A stretch of DNA of 64,000 nt, taken from NCBI GenBank assembly GCA_963786105.1, contig CAWAXX010000016.1:1-64000 (forward strand). Reading direction: 5' to 3'. Source of the stretch: Vulcanimicrobiota bacterium. GTDB lineage: Bacteria; Vulcanimicrobiota; Vulcanimicrobiia; Vulcanimicrobiales; Vulcanimicrobiaceae. The translations under genes and the position numbers were made by a program. The notes beneath the pieces were generated by a model that saw nothing but the letters and a program-made list of their open reading frames with translations, made no database searches and was not told the origin of the DNA. Shown here one piece after another: positions 52,923 to 62,632 of this stretch; the first letter of the stretch is position 1; the number at the start of each line of letters is the position of its first letter.

Positions 52923-54148
52923 AAATCGGCATCGTCACGTCCTTTCCGGAACCCGACGTCGTGAAAAGCGCGATCGCGTACTATTCGCAAACAATCCTCG
53001 ATCCGCTCCGAAGCGGAAGCGACGAGTTCGTCGTTTTCGCCGACCGCGCAGGCGACGGACGGCCGGGAAGGCGCGACCGGTACGCGCCGAACGTGACCGT
53101 GCGACGATGCTGGCAGTTCGGCTACTTCGCTCCGTTGCAAATCCTCAAGGCTGCGCTGGGCGATCGGGTCGACGTGCTGCACCTCGAATACGACGTCTAC
53201 CTCTACGGCGGCGTCGTCTCCGCATTACTGCTTCCGTTCGTGTTGCGGCTCGTTCGGCGTCTGACCGGGGCGCAGATCGTGACGACGCTTCACGGCGTCG
53301 TCTCGCAGCGAGTCGTCACGCGCGAGATGCTTCGCGAAAACGGCTTCGTGCTGCCGTATTCGCGAATCGGGCGCGCCGGTTTTTCGACGATCTACCGGCT
53401 GTTCAACTGGGCCGCCGACCGGATCATCGTGCTCGAAGTCAAACTGGCGGAAATTTTGGAATCGGAGTACGGCGTGCCGCGCGCCAAGCTGCACGTGTGT
53501 CCGATTCCGCTCATGCACGAGGGCCGGCGTCCCGAAAGGCGAGAAGCTCGAGCGCGCTGCGGAATCGGCGAAGGCAACGTCGCGCTGTTCTTCGGCTACG
53601 CCTCGTACTACAAGGGCCTCGACGTCCTTCTCGACGCGTTACCCGCGGCCCGCCGTGCGGTCCCGGACCTCGCGTTGCATATCGTGGCGGGGCGCCACCC
53701 GAGGTTGCGCGGTAACCCGCGCTACGAGACGTTCTACGAGGGTCTCGTAGCGAAAGCGGGGGCCGCCGGGGCGCACATGCACGAGTTCGTACCCGAAGCG
53801 CAACTCGCCGACCTTTTGGCGGCGGCCGACGTCGTCGTGCTACCGTATACGGCAACGTACGGGGCGAGCGCCGCTCTCAACACGGTTTTCGCGGCGCGCA
53901 AACCGGTCTTGGTCTCAACGTTCGTACGGTTCGACGGTGCGCTCGATTGCCAAACGTTCGTACCGGAAAGCGGACCCTGCGCGCGCGCCATCGTCGACTT
54001 CTTCGAGATGAACGAGTGTCTTCTCGCCGGTCGCGTCGAAGATATCGCCCGGATGCGCGACGTGACTGTCATCGCTCGCCAGATTCAAGACGTTCGCTGC
54101 GGCCGGCGTACCGTCGATGCCCGCATGATCGAAGTCGAGTCCCGATGA
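52919..54148 (+). CDS. Glycosyltransferase family 4 (GT-B)
   Basis: VTTLHG, FFGYASYYKGLDVL, AADVVVLPY...ASAALN. Confidence 0.85.
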   Translation: MKIGIVTSFPEPDVVKSAIAYYSQTILDPLRSGSDEFVVFADRAGDGRPGRRDRYAPNVTVRRCWQFGYFAPLQILKAALGDRVDVLHLEYDVYLYGGVVSALLLPFVLRLVRRLTGAQIVTTLHGVVSQRVVTREMLRENGFVLPYSRIGRAGFSTIYRLFNWAADRIIVLEVKLAEILESEYGVPRAKLHVCPIPLMHEGRRPERREARARCGIGEGNVALFFGYASYYKGLDVLLDALPAARRAVPDLALHIVAGRHPRLRGNPRYETFYEGLVAKAGAAGAHMHEFVPEAQLADLLAAADVVVLPYTATYGASAALNTVFAARKPVLVSTFVRFDGALDCQTFVPESGPCARAIVDFFEMNECLLAGRVEDIARMRDVTVIARQIQDVRCGRRTVDARMIEVESR

Positions 54149-56772
54149 AGCGTCTGCCTCACACGCGAGTTTACGGCGCTCTGACCGCTGTCGTCCAAAC
54201 GGTCTACCGCTATCCGGCGCTGCTCTTACTGATCCCCGTCGTCGTATTCTTCCCTCTACTCGACTCGCGCGGGCTCTACGAGTACGGCGACGCGAACTTT
54301 CCGCTAAATCCATTTTGGATCGACTACATTCTTCCGTGGAGCGGAGCCGCTTCGGCGGGCGCCGACAATACGTTCATCGGCGTACCGCGCCTCGTGTATC
54401 ACCTCGGTATCAATGGCCTGATCGCGACCTTCCACAACCTCCAGATGGCGCAGTGGCTATGGTATTCTTCCATGTCCGCGGTCGGACTGATGGGCGCCTA
54501 CTGCCTCGCCCGGCGCCTGGGCGCAGGCATGTATTCGGTGCCCCTTGCGATTTTCTACGCCTTTAATTTGTGGTCGTACGACCGCGTCGCGCAGGGGCCC
54601 ATCTACCTATCGTACCAGGCGCTCCCGTTGGTCGTCTTCCTGTTCTTGAGGTACTTGGCGCGACCGGGAGTGGCCGCCGCACTGTACTTCGCGTGTTCGC
54701 TTTTGCTGGTCATCCCCGCGCTTCAAATCAGTTATTTGGCGGCGGCAATTTGTCTGGCGATCTCGGTCCGCGAGATCGTTCTGCGCGGTTGGCGCGTTCT
54801 CGGCGATCTTGCCTGGCTGGCCCTCGCCGTCGTCGCGACCAACGCCTTTTACATCTTTTCGATGGCCGCCGACATGTGGTTCAATTCGGGTGGCAACATC
54901 GCGTTGGTGAATCAGCGGTTCGACATTAGCATTTTCCAGCACTACGCTGCGAACGTCAGCGTTCTCAACACCCTGTTGCTGCAGAGTTTTTACTACTCGT
55001 CGGCTTCCCGTCAGCCGACCGTCGTCACCATCGGTCAGTGGCTTCTGCTCGCGTTGTCGCTCGGATTGCTCCTGCTGGCGGGCAGGCCCACTCTGCGTTC
55101 GAAATTTTATAGCGGCGTCGCGCTCGCGCTCCTGGGATTATGGCTGGTCGACGGCATCGCGTTGTTGCCTCACACGTACGAGTGGCTCCGCAACGCGATC
55201 CCAGGCCTGCGCTCGTTCGTCGAGCCCGACTATTTTTCGCCCCTGTACATCCTGGGCGCGTTCGTCATGCTGGCGACCGCATTTCGAGTAGGCTTTCGTG
55301 CTTACGGACCGCTGATGAAGGTCGCGGTTTGGGTCGTGGCGCTCAGCGGCATCGTTCCGTTCCTACCGATCGCCGGACCGGCGTCGGGACTGCCGCGTAC
55401 GAACCAGCCGCGTCAATACCGGGAGTTCGCGCGCGCGCGCGTTCAGGGCAACACGTTGTGGATGCCGCCCGACCGAGGCGTCCAGTACCGCTGGTCGCCG
55501 TATATCATCAATGGCTTTACGTCGTTAAACTCGCCGTCGGATGCGATCGGGCCGACGATGGCGGAATGGGTGGCGGCCGGCACCGCGCGCGTGCAGGAAC
55601 GGCTGGCGGACGCCTTCGTGAAGGTGCAACCCGGAACCGCCGAAGCGCTAGCGCCGCGTCTGGGCGTAGGAACGATCGCACTTTCCGCCGATTCGTTGAG
55701 CCCCGATTTTGAGTGGCCCGATCCCGAAATCACCGCTTCGCTGGAAACGGTCGCGGCACTTCGGCGCGCCGGCTTTGTCGGGACGCGCAAAGACTATCGC
55801 GACATCGACGTCCACTTGATAACGGCGACGACGAACCCTCCCCTTCCAGATATTGGAATTTACGGGCAACCGGTCGACGTCGGCGGCTTCGAGAACTTCA
55901 TGTGGTGGATGGTCCTCACGCAAGGTCGCGGTACGTACGTGCCGATTGCCGCCGACGTGGTACCGGGAACCACGTTCGGAGCTTCGGTTTTGCCGGCGAT
56001 TCCGCCGCCGCCAGTATCGCAGCGGACTGTCCCGATCGGCGCGTTCGCCAGTTGCGACCGGCGCCGCCGGACGTATAATGCACCGTCCGGCACGACCGCC
56101 GCGTTCGTCCAGACGAAGCTGCAACCGCGATGCTTTTCCCTGAAAGTGCCCAACATCGAAAGCGTCGCGGCGCTGCAAGCGCTCGTTGACGCCGTACCCA
56201 CGACCGTTCCGCAAACGCAGCTCGGCTTCTATCGCCGGGGACACGCCGTGGAGTGGCTCGATCCAGCGCTGCCTGCGCAAGAGGTGCCGCTGGAAACCCG
56301 GACGGCAAGTTTGGTCGTTCGCATACCGCCGTATAGCATCGCCACCGTGCGAAGCGCAACCATTCGATGGGCCGCTCGCAGGCACGTGAGTCCAATCTCG
56401 GTGCCGCCGAGCTGCTCGGCGTCGGACGTCACCTGGTCGGAGCAGAATCCGCTGGCTTACACCGTGCGCGGGAACATCCACGGGCGCTGTACCGTCGTTT
56501 TTCGCCAGTCCTTTGCGCCGATATGGTCGCTGTTGCGCGCCAGCGGATCCGCCAGGGTCCTGGGACATCTTCAGATCGACGGATTCGCCAACGGCTGGAT
56601 CGTGGAGGGTTCGGGTCCCATCGCTTTTTATATCGTCAATCTCGCCCTCTTCGCCTATGCCGCAGGCATGGCGTTGACTGTCGCGTGTTTACTGCTCGCG
56701 CTGGGTCTGGCCGTGCGTTCGGTGTCGATCCGGTCGGCACGACGCGCGACTCGCGTACGATCACCGGCCTAG
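54145..56772 (+). CDS. Large GT-C membrane protein (AftD/DUF3367- or YfhO-like)
   Basis: 875 aa. GDANFP first-loop Asp, FYAFNLW, many TMs, large extracellular domain, FRQSFAPIW...DGFANGW and a terminal TM. Confidence 0.6.
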   Translation: MKRLPHTRVYGALTAVVQTVYRYPALLLLIPVVVFFPLLDSRGLYEYGDANFPLNPFWIDYILPWSGAASAGADNTFIGVPRLVYHLGINGLIATFHNLQMAQWLWYSSMSAVGLMGAYCLARRLGAGMYSVPLAIFYAFNLWSYDRVAQGPIYLSYQALPLVVFLFLRYLARPGVAAALYFACSLLLVIPALQISYLAAAICLAISVREIVLRGWRVLGDLAWLALAVVATNAFYIFSMAADMWFNSGGNIALVNQRFDISIFQHYAANVSVLNTLLLQSFYYSSASRQPTVVTIGQWLLLALSLGLLLLAGRPTLRSKFYSGVALALLGLWLVDGIALLPHTYEWLRNAIPGLRSFVEPDYFSPLYILGAFVMLATAFRVGFRAYGPLMKVAVWVVALSGIVPFLPIAGPASGLPRTNQPRQYREFARARVQGNTLWMPPDRGVQYRWSPYIINGFTSLNSPSDAIGPTMAEWVAAGTARVQERLADAFVKVQPGTAEALAPRLGVGTIALSADSLSPDFEWPDPEITASLETVAALRRAGFVGTRKDYRDIDVHLITATTNPPLPDIGIYGQPVDVGGFENFMWWMVLTQGRGTYVPIAADVVPGTTFGASVLPAIPPPPVSQRTVPIGAFASCDRRRRTYNAPSGTTAAFVQTKLQPRCFSLKVPNIESVAALQALVDAVPTTVPQTQLGFYRRGHAVEWLDPALPAQEVPLETRTASLVVRIPPYSIATVRSATIRWAARRHVSPISVPPSCSASDVTWSEQNPLAYTVRGNIHGRCTVVFRQSFAPIWSLLRASGSARVLGHLQIDGFANGWIVEGSGPIAFYIVNLALFAYAAGMALTVACLLLALGLAVRSVSIRSARRATRVRSPA

Positions 56773-56957
56773 GAACCTCGGAAGAAGTCCATGCACCGAT
56801 CGTTTAGCCGCAAAGACGACGAACGCGAGGAGACGGCGAAGAAGCATACCCGCGGGTGGTATGTGACTGAGCCGGCGACGATGCAGACGGCGTCTTTGCG
56901 GCTAAACCCTGCGGGCAACGGCGTTGCGATCGGTGCAGCGACTTCTTCAGAGGTTCC
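56772..56957. mobile_element. MITE, 186 bp, flanked by CTA target duplication
   Basis: TIRs GGAACCTCGGAAGAAGTC / GACTTCTTCAGAGGTTCC (17/18; 28/31 when extended). Inner perfect 16-bp IR at 56803-18/56891-906. CTA on both sides (56769-71, 56958-60). Confidence 0.8.
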
Positions 56958-56960
56958 CTA

Positions 56961-59279
56961 ATGTGGCGTCGCCGTGTCGCCGTAGCCAGTCTCGGCGTGC
57001 TCGCGCTCGCGTGCGTCGTTTCGGTTTGGCCGCTCGTCGCATCGCAAACGGTGCCGGCATTTCAGCAAGACTGGGCGTGGCCGCTGTCGCGATCGCTGGC
57101 TTGGCAGTGGCTGCACGCTTTCGTCGGCCTCTGGGACGCGCGTTCGATGGGACAAGGCAACGCGCTTCCTTGGCAGACGTACGCGGTCGTCGCCGAGGTC
57201 GCGAGCGTCATGCTGTTTGGCCCGGCAACCGGCCTCGCAGTGTGGATTGGCGCGCTGGAGTTTTTCGCCGGCGCCGCTTGCATCGCGATGCTCGCCGAAT
57301 TTGGCGTTCGATCGTGGCCGGCGCGGGTCGTCGCAGCGTTCTTCTATGCACTGAGCCCGGTCGTTTTTACGCGCATTGCGGCCGGGCACTTAGCCTATTT
57401 GCTCGCATACGCTTTGCTTCCGCTGGCGATTGCGCTCGCGCGCCGCACGATCGAGCGGCCTCGCGCGACGGCGGCGGTCGCACTCGGCGTCGTGATCGGC
57501 ATCGCCGGATGCCAAATTCAGTTTTTGGCAATGAGCTGGCTGGCGATTTTGCCGCTGGCCCTTGCCGTACCGCGAGCCGCCGGCTGGTGGCAGAGGTTGT
57601 TGGCCGCCGCCGGCATTGCGGTCGCCGTTCAACTGCAAGCCTTGCTTCCATTGGCATTCGGCTCTACGCCGGCATTGTACGCCGCCCAGCCGACGTTGCT
57701 GAGCTTCGAATATAACAACAGCTCGCCGTTTGCATCGGCGCCCGTCATGCTGGGTTATTTTACCCAGTACTACGAATCGCATGCCTTGCCGGGTGCATTC
57801 GTCGCGCTCTACGCACTCCTCGCAGCGGCCGTCTTGCTGGCGCTGTTCGCGCAGCCTAAGGCGGGAATCTACGCGCTTTCGCTGATCGTTCTGGGAACGC
57901 TGTTCACCGCCGGTCTGTACGGTCCGTTAGGCCTCGTGCTTGGGTGGGCTTTCGAGCACGTGTCGTATTTTGCCGTGTTTCGAGATCTGCACTATTTCGC
58001 GGCGCTGACGGCTGCGGGCGTCGCACTCGCGTTGGGGCTGGGCTTGCAACGGTCGCCGAAATTGCTTTCGCCTGCGGTTCTGGTGCTGGTTGGTTGGATT
58101 GCGGCGCCGGCCCTGACGGGCGTTGAACTGCGCGAGCTGCTGGTTACGCCGGCGTACGTCGCCGATGCGCTCGCCGACATGGATATCGCAACGGCGAACG
58201 GACCCGGCCGGGTGCTGTGGCTGCCCGCCGAGGAGCCGGTCGGTCCGCGCGGAGCGCGCAATCAAGGCCGCGATTTCACCGCGTACGGGCCGCCTGCGAA
58301 TCCCTCGGTCAGCGACGACTATCAAAACCCTGAATTGGCATATGCGTTGGCGACCCTGCGCTCGGGGACACCCGACTGGAATGCGTTTGCTGCGATGAAC
58401 GTCCGTTTTCTCGTCTTTCGCAACTACCTGCAGTCCGGCCGCCGGTTCAACTTCGGTACCGGCTTTCCGATGGCGTTCGCAGGGCTCAGGGACGCGGAAC
58501 TGGAGCGCGTGTTGGCGCGCGCACGTCCGCTGGTGCTACTCAAGCAGACCGCGCTATCGAGCGTGTACGAATTGCCGATCAATGCAGGCGGGACGTACGG
58601 CGCTCGCGCGAATTCGAGCGCGATGCTCTATTCCGAACTCGCTCCGCGCGAAGTTGCGATGACAGCGACGTCGCCACTGTCGCTGCGCGCGTCGCCGGAG
58701 AGCGCCGATCCGCGGCTCGGATGGGTCGCGGGAACGCTCGGGTGGCGATACGTGCCGTGGCTGCCCGACAGCGTGTATCCGTTCGTCTGGACGCTTTCGC
58801 CGGCGCCGTTGAAGTTCGACGCGCCGGTAAGCGCCGCGTGCGTGCTCGCAGGCGCACTGCCGCATGGTGCGCGCGTGCAGTTACGCGGGGCGGCCGGCGT
58901 CGTGCGCGGCGCGTGGAAGCGGTATGCTGTCGCGGATTCGGCTGCGTCGCCTGCTTCCGCATTTTTCCCAGCCCCGGGGGACGTCTCGGCCCTCGCCGTT
59001 CGTCCGTGCCAGCGAACTCCGGAGCCGCGGCAATCGGTGTTCGTGTTTGCCAGCGGATACGACGAGGGGTGGCGTGCCCTCGATGGCGGCCGCTGGGTTG
59101 CGCCCGCGTTGGCCAACGGCTGGATGATGGCCTGGGATGCGTCGGCGGCTACGCAACGGCTCGTCTATCTTCCGGCAATCTGGCAACTCGCCGGGATCGT
59201 GGTGATGGCGATCGCACTGATCGTCGCCGTCCCACTAGCGCGTCGCATTGACGCGCGCTCGTCGCGCGAAGACTCTTAG
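56961..59279 (+). CDS. Large GT-C membrane protein, paralog of 54145-56772
   Basis: 772 aa. QQDWAWP, FYALSPVVFTRIAAGH, VFRDLHYF, RVLWLP, ASGYDEGW...ANGWMMAW and a terminal TM. Confidence 0.6.
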   Translation: MWRRRVAVASLGVLALACVVSVWPLVASQTVPAFQQDWAWPLSRSLAWQWLHAFVGLWDARSMGQGNALPWQTYAVVAEVASVMLFGPATGLAVWIGALEFFAGAACIAMLAEFGVRSWPARVVAAFFYALSPVVFTRIAAGHLAYLLAYALLPLAIALARRTIERPRATAAVALGVVIGIAGCQIQFLAMSWLAILPLALAVPRAAGWWQRLLAAAGIAVAVQLQALLPLAFGSTPALYAAQPTLLSFEYNNSSPFASAPVMLGYFTQYYESHALPGAFVALYALLAAAVLLALFAQPKAGIYALSLIVLGTLFTAGLYGPLGLVLGWAFEHVSYFAVFRDLHYFAALTAAGVALALGLGLQRSPKLLSPAVLVLVGWIAAPALTGVELRELLVTPAYVADALADMDIATANGPGRVLWLPAEEPVGPRGARNQGRDFTAYGPPANPSVSDDYQNPELAYALATLRSGTPDWNAFAAMNVRFLVFRNYLQSGRRFNFGTGFPMAFAGLRDAELERVLARARPLVLLKQTALSSVYELPINAGGTYGARANSSAMLYSELAPREVAMTATSPLSLRASPESADPRLGWVAGTLGWRYVPWLPDSVYPFVWTLSPAPLKFDAPVSAACVLAGALPHGARVQLRGAAGVVRGAWKRYAVADSAASPASAFFPAPGDVSALAVRPCQRTPEPRQSVFVFASGYDEGWRALDGGRWVAPALANGWMMAWDASAATQRLVYLPAIWQLAGIVVMAIALIVAVPLARRIDARSSREDS

Positions 59280-60292
59280 TCTTCTACCTTGACCCAGATG
59301 CCGTTGTTTTCGACCGACGTGCAGGCGGCTTCGATGCAGCGCACTACGTCGTAGCCAACGCGCCCGCTGACCCGCGCCGGCTTTCCCTCTCGAATGTCGC
59401 GGTGGACGTCGTCCACGAGTTTTGCGAGCGGCTCGCGGCTATCCACGATCGGGATGCGGACGTCGCCGAGGCGATAACTCACCATTTGCTGCGAAAGCGT
59501 TTCGCTGGTCGGATTCCGAACGACGCCCTTGTCGTAGATGCGGAGCTTTTCGGACGGGTCCACGTCGTCCCAAACCGCCATGCGGTTGCTTGCCGAGAGC
59601 ATCATGCGGCGTACTTTTACCGGCGACAGCCAGCTCAAGTGAACGTGCGCCATACGTCCGCTGCGATATCGCATCAGCAGGAACGCAACGTCCGACACGG
59701 GTGGGTGAATGTACGCCATGGCGTGGCAGGCGATCGCTTCGGGGAGCTCGCCGAAAACGTGGTTGAGAATCGACACGTCGTGTGGCGCTAAATCCCAAAT
59801 CACGTTGGTTTGCTGGAAGAGGCCGAGATTGACGCGCGACGATTCGGCATAGTAGACGTCCCCCAGATCGCCGTTCACGAAGCCTTGACGCATCGCTTCG
59901 ACGGCACCGGCGTAGAGAAACGTGTGATCGGTAAAGAGCTTCACGCCGGCCCGTCCAGCGGATTCGACGAGCGCGCGAGCCTGCGCGGCTTCCTCGGCGA
60001 GCGGCTTTTCCACTAGCAGATGCTTACGCGCCGCGATCGCGCGTTGGGCCATGTCGTAATGCATCTTCGGCGGCGTCGCGATGGCGATCAGGTCCACCGA
60101 CGGGTCGTTCAAAGCGTCGTCTAGATCCGCGGTCGCCCGACCGGTTGGGTAAAGACGGTGCATGCGGCTGCGGCGCCGCTCGTCGACGTCGACGATCCAG
60201 GCGACGTTCCAATTGGTCGACGTCGCAAAATTCCGCAACAGATTGGGGCCCCAATAACCGAGCCCGACGACCGCGACGTTGAGTGCGCTCAC
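59276..60292 (-). CDS. Gfo/Idh/MocA oxidoreductase (NDP-sugar 3-dehydrogenase-like)
   Basis: VVGLGYWGPNLLRN, IATP, LVEKP, WDLAPHD, SWLSPVKVR. Confidence 0.9.
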   Translation of the reverse strand: MSALNVAVVGLGYWGPNLLRNFATSTNWNVAWIVDVDERRRSRMHRLYPTGRATADLDDALNDPSVDLIAIATPPKMHYDMAQRAIAARKHLLVEKPLAEEAAQARALVESAGRAGVKLFTDHTFLYAGAVEAMRQGFVNGDLGDVYYAESSRVNLGLFQQTNVIWDLAPHDVSILNHVFGELPEAIACHAMAYIHPPVSDVAFLLMRYRSGRMAHVHLSWLSPVKVRRMMLSASNRMAVWDDVDPSEKLRIYDKGVVRNPTSETLSQQMVSYRLGDVRIPIVDSREPLAKLVDDVHRDIREGKPARVSGRVGYDVVRCIEAACTSVENNGIWVKVED

Positions 60293-61401
60293 GCGTGTTG
60301 CATGGGCCGCGCCGCCGTGCTGAGTGCATCGACGACGTACTCGACGTGTTCCGGGGTCAACTCCGGAAACATCGGAAGCGACAGAATGCGATCCGCGGCA
60401 GACTCAGTCTTTGGATAACGGCCTTTCGAAAGGCCCAGATCGCCGTAGGCGGGCTGCAGATGGATCGGAATCGGATAGTGAATTCCGGTGTGCACGCCGC
60501 GCTGGGTGAGACGGTCTTGAACGGCTGCGCGGTCCCCGACCTCCGTCACGTAGAGATGATAGACGTGGCCTTCGTCGGTCCACCGTTTAGGCACCGGAAA
60601 TCCAGCCGCCGCAAGCAACGTATCGTAACGCCGGGCGCTCTCGCGACGGCGGTCGTTCCACGTGTCGATGTGGCGCAGCTTCACGCTGAGAACGGCGGCT
60701 TGAATCGAGTCGAGCCGACAGTTGTCGCCTTTGATCAGATGTTCGTACTTTTTCTTCTGCCCGAAGTCGCGCAGAAGCGCGACGCGCTCGGCAAGCTCGC
60801 CGTCATCGGTGACGACCGCACCGCCGTCGCCGTAGCAGCCCAAGTTCTTGCCCGGATAAAAACTGAAGCAGCCGACGTCGCCGATGCTGCCCGCGCGCCG
60901 TCCTTGCCACTTCGCTCCGTGCGCTTGACTCGCGTCTTCGATGACGCGCAGACCGTGCCGTCGCGCGACGTCGAGGATCGGCTGCATCGGGACAACTTGC
61001 CCGTAGAGGTGAACCGGCATCAGCGCTTTCGTGCGCGGCGTAATCGCCGCCTCAATTGCACCGTCGTCGATCAAGTAGTCGTCGCGCATGTCGACGAAAA
61101 CCGGCGTCGCACCCACTGCCGAAACGCTGAGAGCCGATGCGATGTAGGTGTTCGCCGGCATGACGACTTCGTCGCCGGCGCCGATCCCGAACGCCTCGAG
61201 CGCGATTTTGAGAGCGGCCGTACCCGACTCAACGCCTACACAGTGGCGCGTCCCGACGAACGAAGCGTACTCTTCCTCGAAGCGGCCGACTTGCGGACCC
61301 ATGATGAAGCTTGCGCGTTCGAGCACGTCGTCGATCGCGGCAGTGACCTCGGGCTTTATCGACGCGTACTGCGCCTTGAGGTCGACGAATGGAACGTTCA
61401 C
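60289..61401 (-). CDS. DegT/DnrJ/EryC1/StrS sugar aminotransferase
   Basis: AGGAG RBS. VPFVDLKAQY, PVHLYGQ, IEDASQAHGA, SFYPGKNLGCYGDGG, HYPIPIHLQPAY, LSLPMFP. Confidence 0.93.
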   Translation of the reverse strand: MNVPFVDLKAQYASIKPEVTAAIDDVLERASFIMGPQVGRFEEEYASFVGTRHCVGVESGTAALKIALEAFGIGAGDEVVMPANTYIASALSVSAVGATPVFVDMRDDYLIDDGAIEAAITPRTKALMPVHLYGQVVPMQPILDVARRHGLRVIEDASQAHGAKWQGRRAGSIGDVGCFSFYPGKNLGCYGDGGAVVTDDGELAERVALLRDFGQKKKYEHLIKGDNCRLDSIQAAVLSVKLRHIDTWNDRRRESARRYDTLLAAAGFPVPKRWTDEGHVYHLYVTEVGDRAAVQDRLTQRGVHTGIHYPIPIHLQPAYGDLGLSKGRYPKTESAADRILSLPMFPELTPEHVEYVVDALSTAARPMQHA

Positions 61402-61623
61402 GCTGCTGACTCCTAGGGGACGCGGTGCAAAGGACGCTGAGGTCCGCGCTCCTTTTCGGGGGCCCTGCGGTCCATCCATGCGCGCCGCAGTCATTGCTAC
61501 GTTTACGACAGATTGCGCGTGCGCCGAAGTGGAGGCCCTACAGGCCCCCAGGAGTCTGAAGCGAACGCTCCCGGCGCGCCGAGAGCCGGCCGCTCGGCGA
61601 GCGTTTTTTCAACGGAGGAGAAC

Positions 61624-62625
61624 GTGGCGTCCCCAAAATCGGTTTTGATTACGGGCGGAGCGGGCTTTATCGGCTCGCACGTCGTCGACGACCTAGTCGC
61701 CGCCGGTCACGCCGTGACGGTGTTCGACAACTTTTCGAGCGGATCGCGCGAGAATCTGGCGTCCGTCATCGGCGACGTGGAGATCGTCAACGGCGATATT
61801 CTCGATCGCGACGCGATCGCGGCGGCCGCCCGTGGCAAGGACGTGATTTCGCATCAAGCCGCCCAGCTCGAAATTACCAAGTGCATGGAAGATCCCATCG
61901 GCGACCTTCGCACGAACTTGATCGGGACGCTCAACGTGTTGGAGGCGGCGCGCCTGGCCGGAGTCGAGCGGATGATCAACGCTTCGTCGGCGTGCATTTA
62001 CGGCCAGGCGGTAGCGGCGCCCAGCGTTGAAGACACGCATCCGCACGATCCGAACTGGTCGTACGGTGCCAGCAAACTCGCCGCCGAAAAGTACGCGCAA
62101 GTATTTTCAAACGACTTTGGTTTTCCGGTGTTCTCCCTGCGCTACGGCATCGTTTACGGCCCGCGCGAATGGTACGGCCGCGTCCTGACGATTTTTCTCA
62201 AGCGGGCGCTCGACCGGCGTGCGCCGGTGGTCTTCGGAGAAGGCGAGCAGATCCGCGACTTCGTCTTCGTCGACGACGTCGTCGGCGTGCATCGCGCGTG
62301 CTTGGAAAGCGATCTGAGCGGCGCGCACTCGTTCAACGCCGGCACGGGCGTCGCGACGTCGATCGCGGAGCTCGCGCAACTCGTCTGTGAGGTTACCGGG
62401 ATCGACGAAACGCCGGTTCGCGAGAACGTGCTACCGGGGGAGCGTTCCGCCATGGTCGAGGGCCGCATGCGCTTGCCGTCCGAACTCGCGGTGATGCATC
62501 TTTCACCCACCAAGACCGAGCGGATGCTCGGCGTTCGTCCGTCGACGGCGCTACGTGACGGTATCGCGCGCGAGTGGGCGTGGCTGCGCGAACACCGGGA
62601 ACGCTGGAACGAAATGCACTACTAG
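61624..62625 (+). CDS. NAD-dependent epimerase/dehydratase (extended SDR)
   Basis: GGAGGAG RBS. ITGGAGFIGSH, YGASK, LRYGIVYGPR, RDFVFVDD. Confidence 0.92.
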   Translation: MASPKSVLITGGAGFIGSHVVDDLVAAGHAVTVFDNFSSGSRENLASVIGDVEIVNGDILDRDAIAAAARGKDVISHQAAQLEITKCMEDPIGDLRTNLIGTLNVLEAARLAGVERMINASSACIYGQAVAAPSVEDTHPHDPNWSYGASKLAAEKYAQVFSNDFGFPVFSLRYGIVYGPREWYGRVLTIFLKRALDRRAPVVFGEGEQIRDFVFVDDVVGVHRACLESDLSGAHSFNAGTGVATSIAELAQLVCEVTGIDETPVRENVLPGERSAMVEGRMRLPSELAVMHLSPTKTERMLGVRPSTALRDGIAREWAWLREHRERWNEMHY

Positions 62626-62632
62626 AGCGTCG

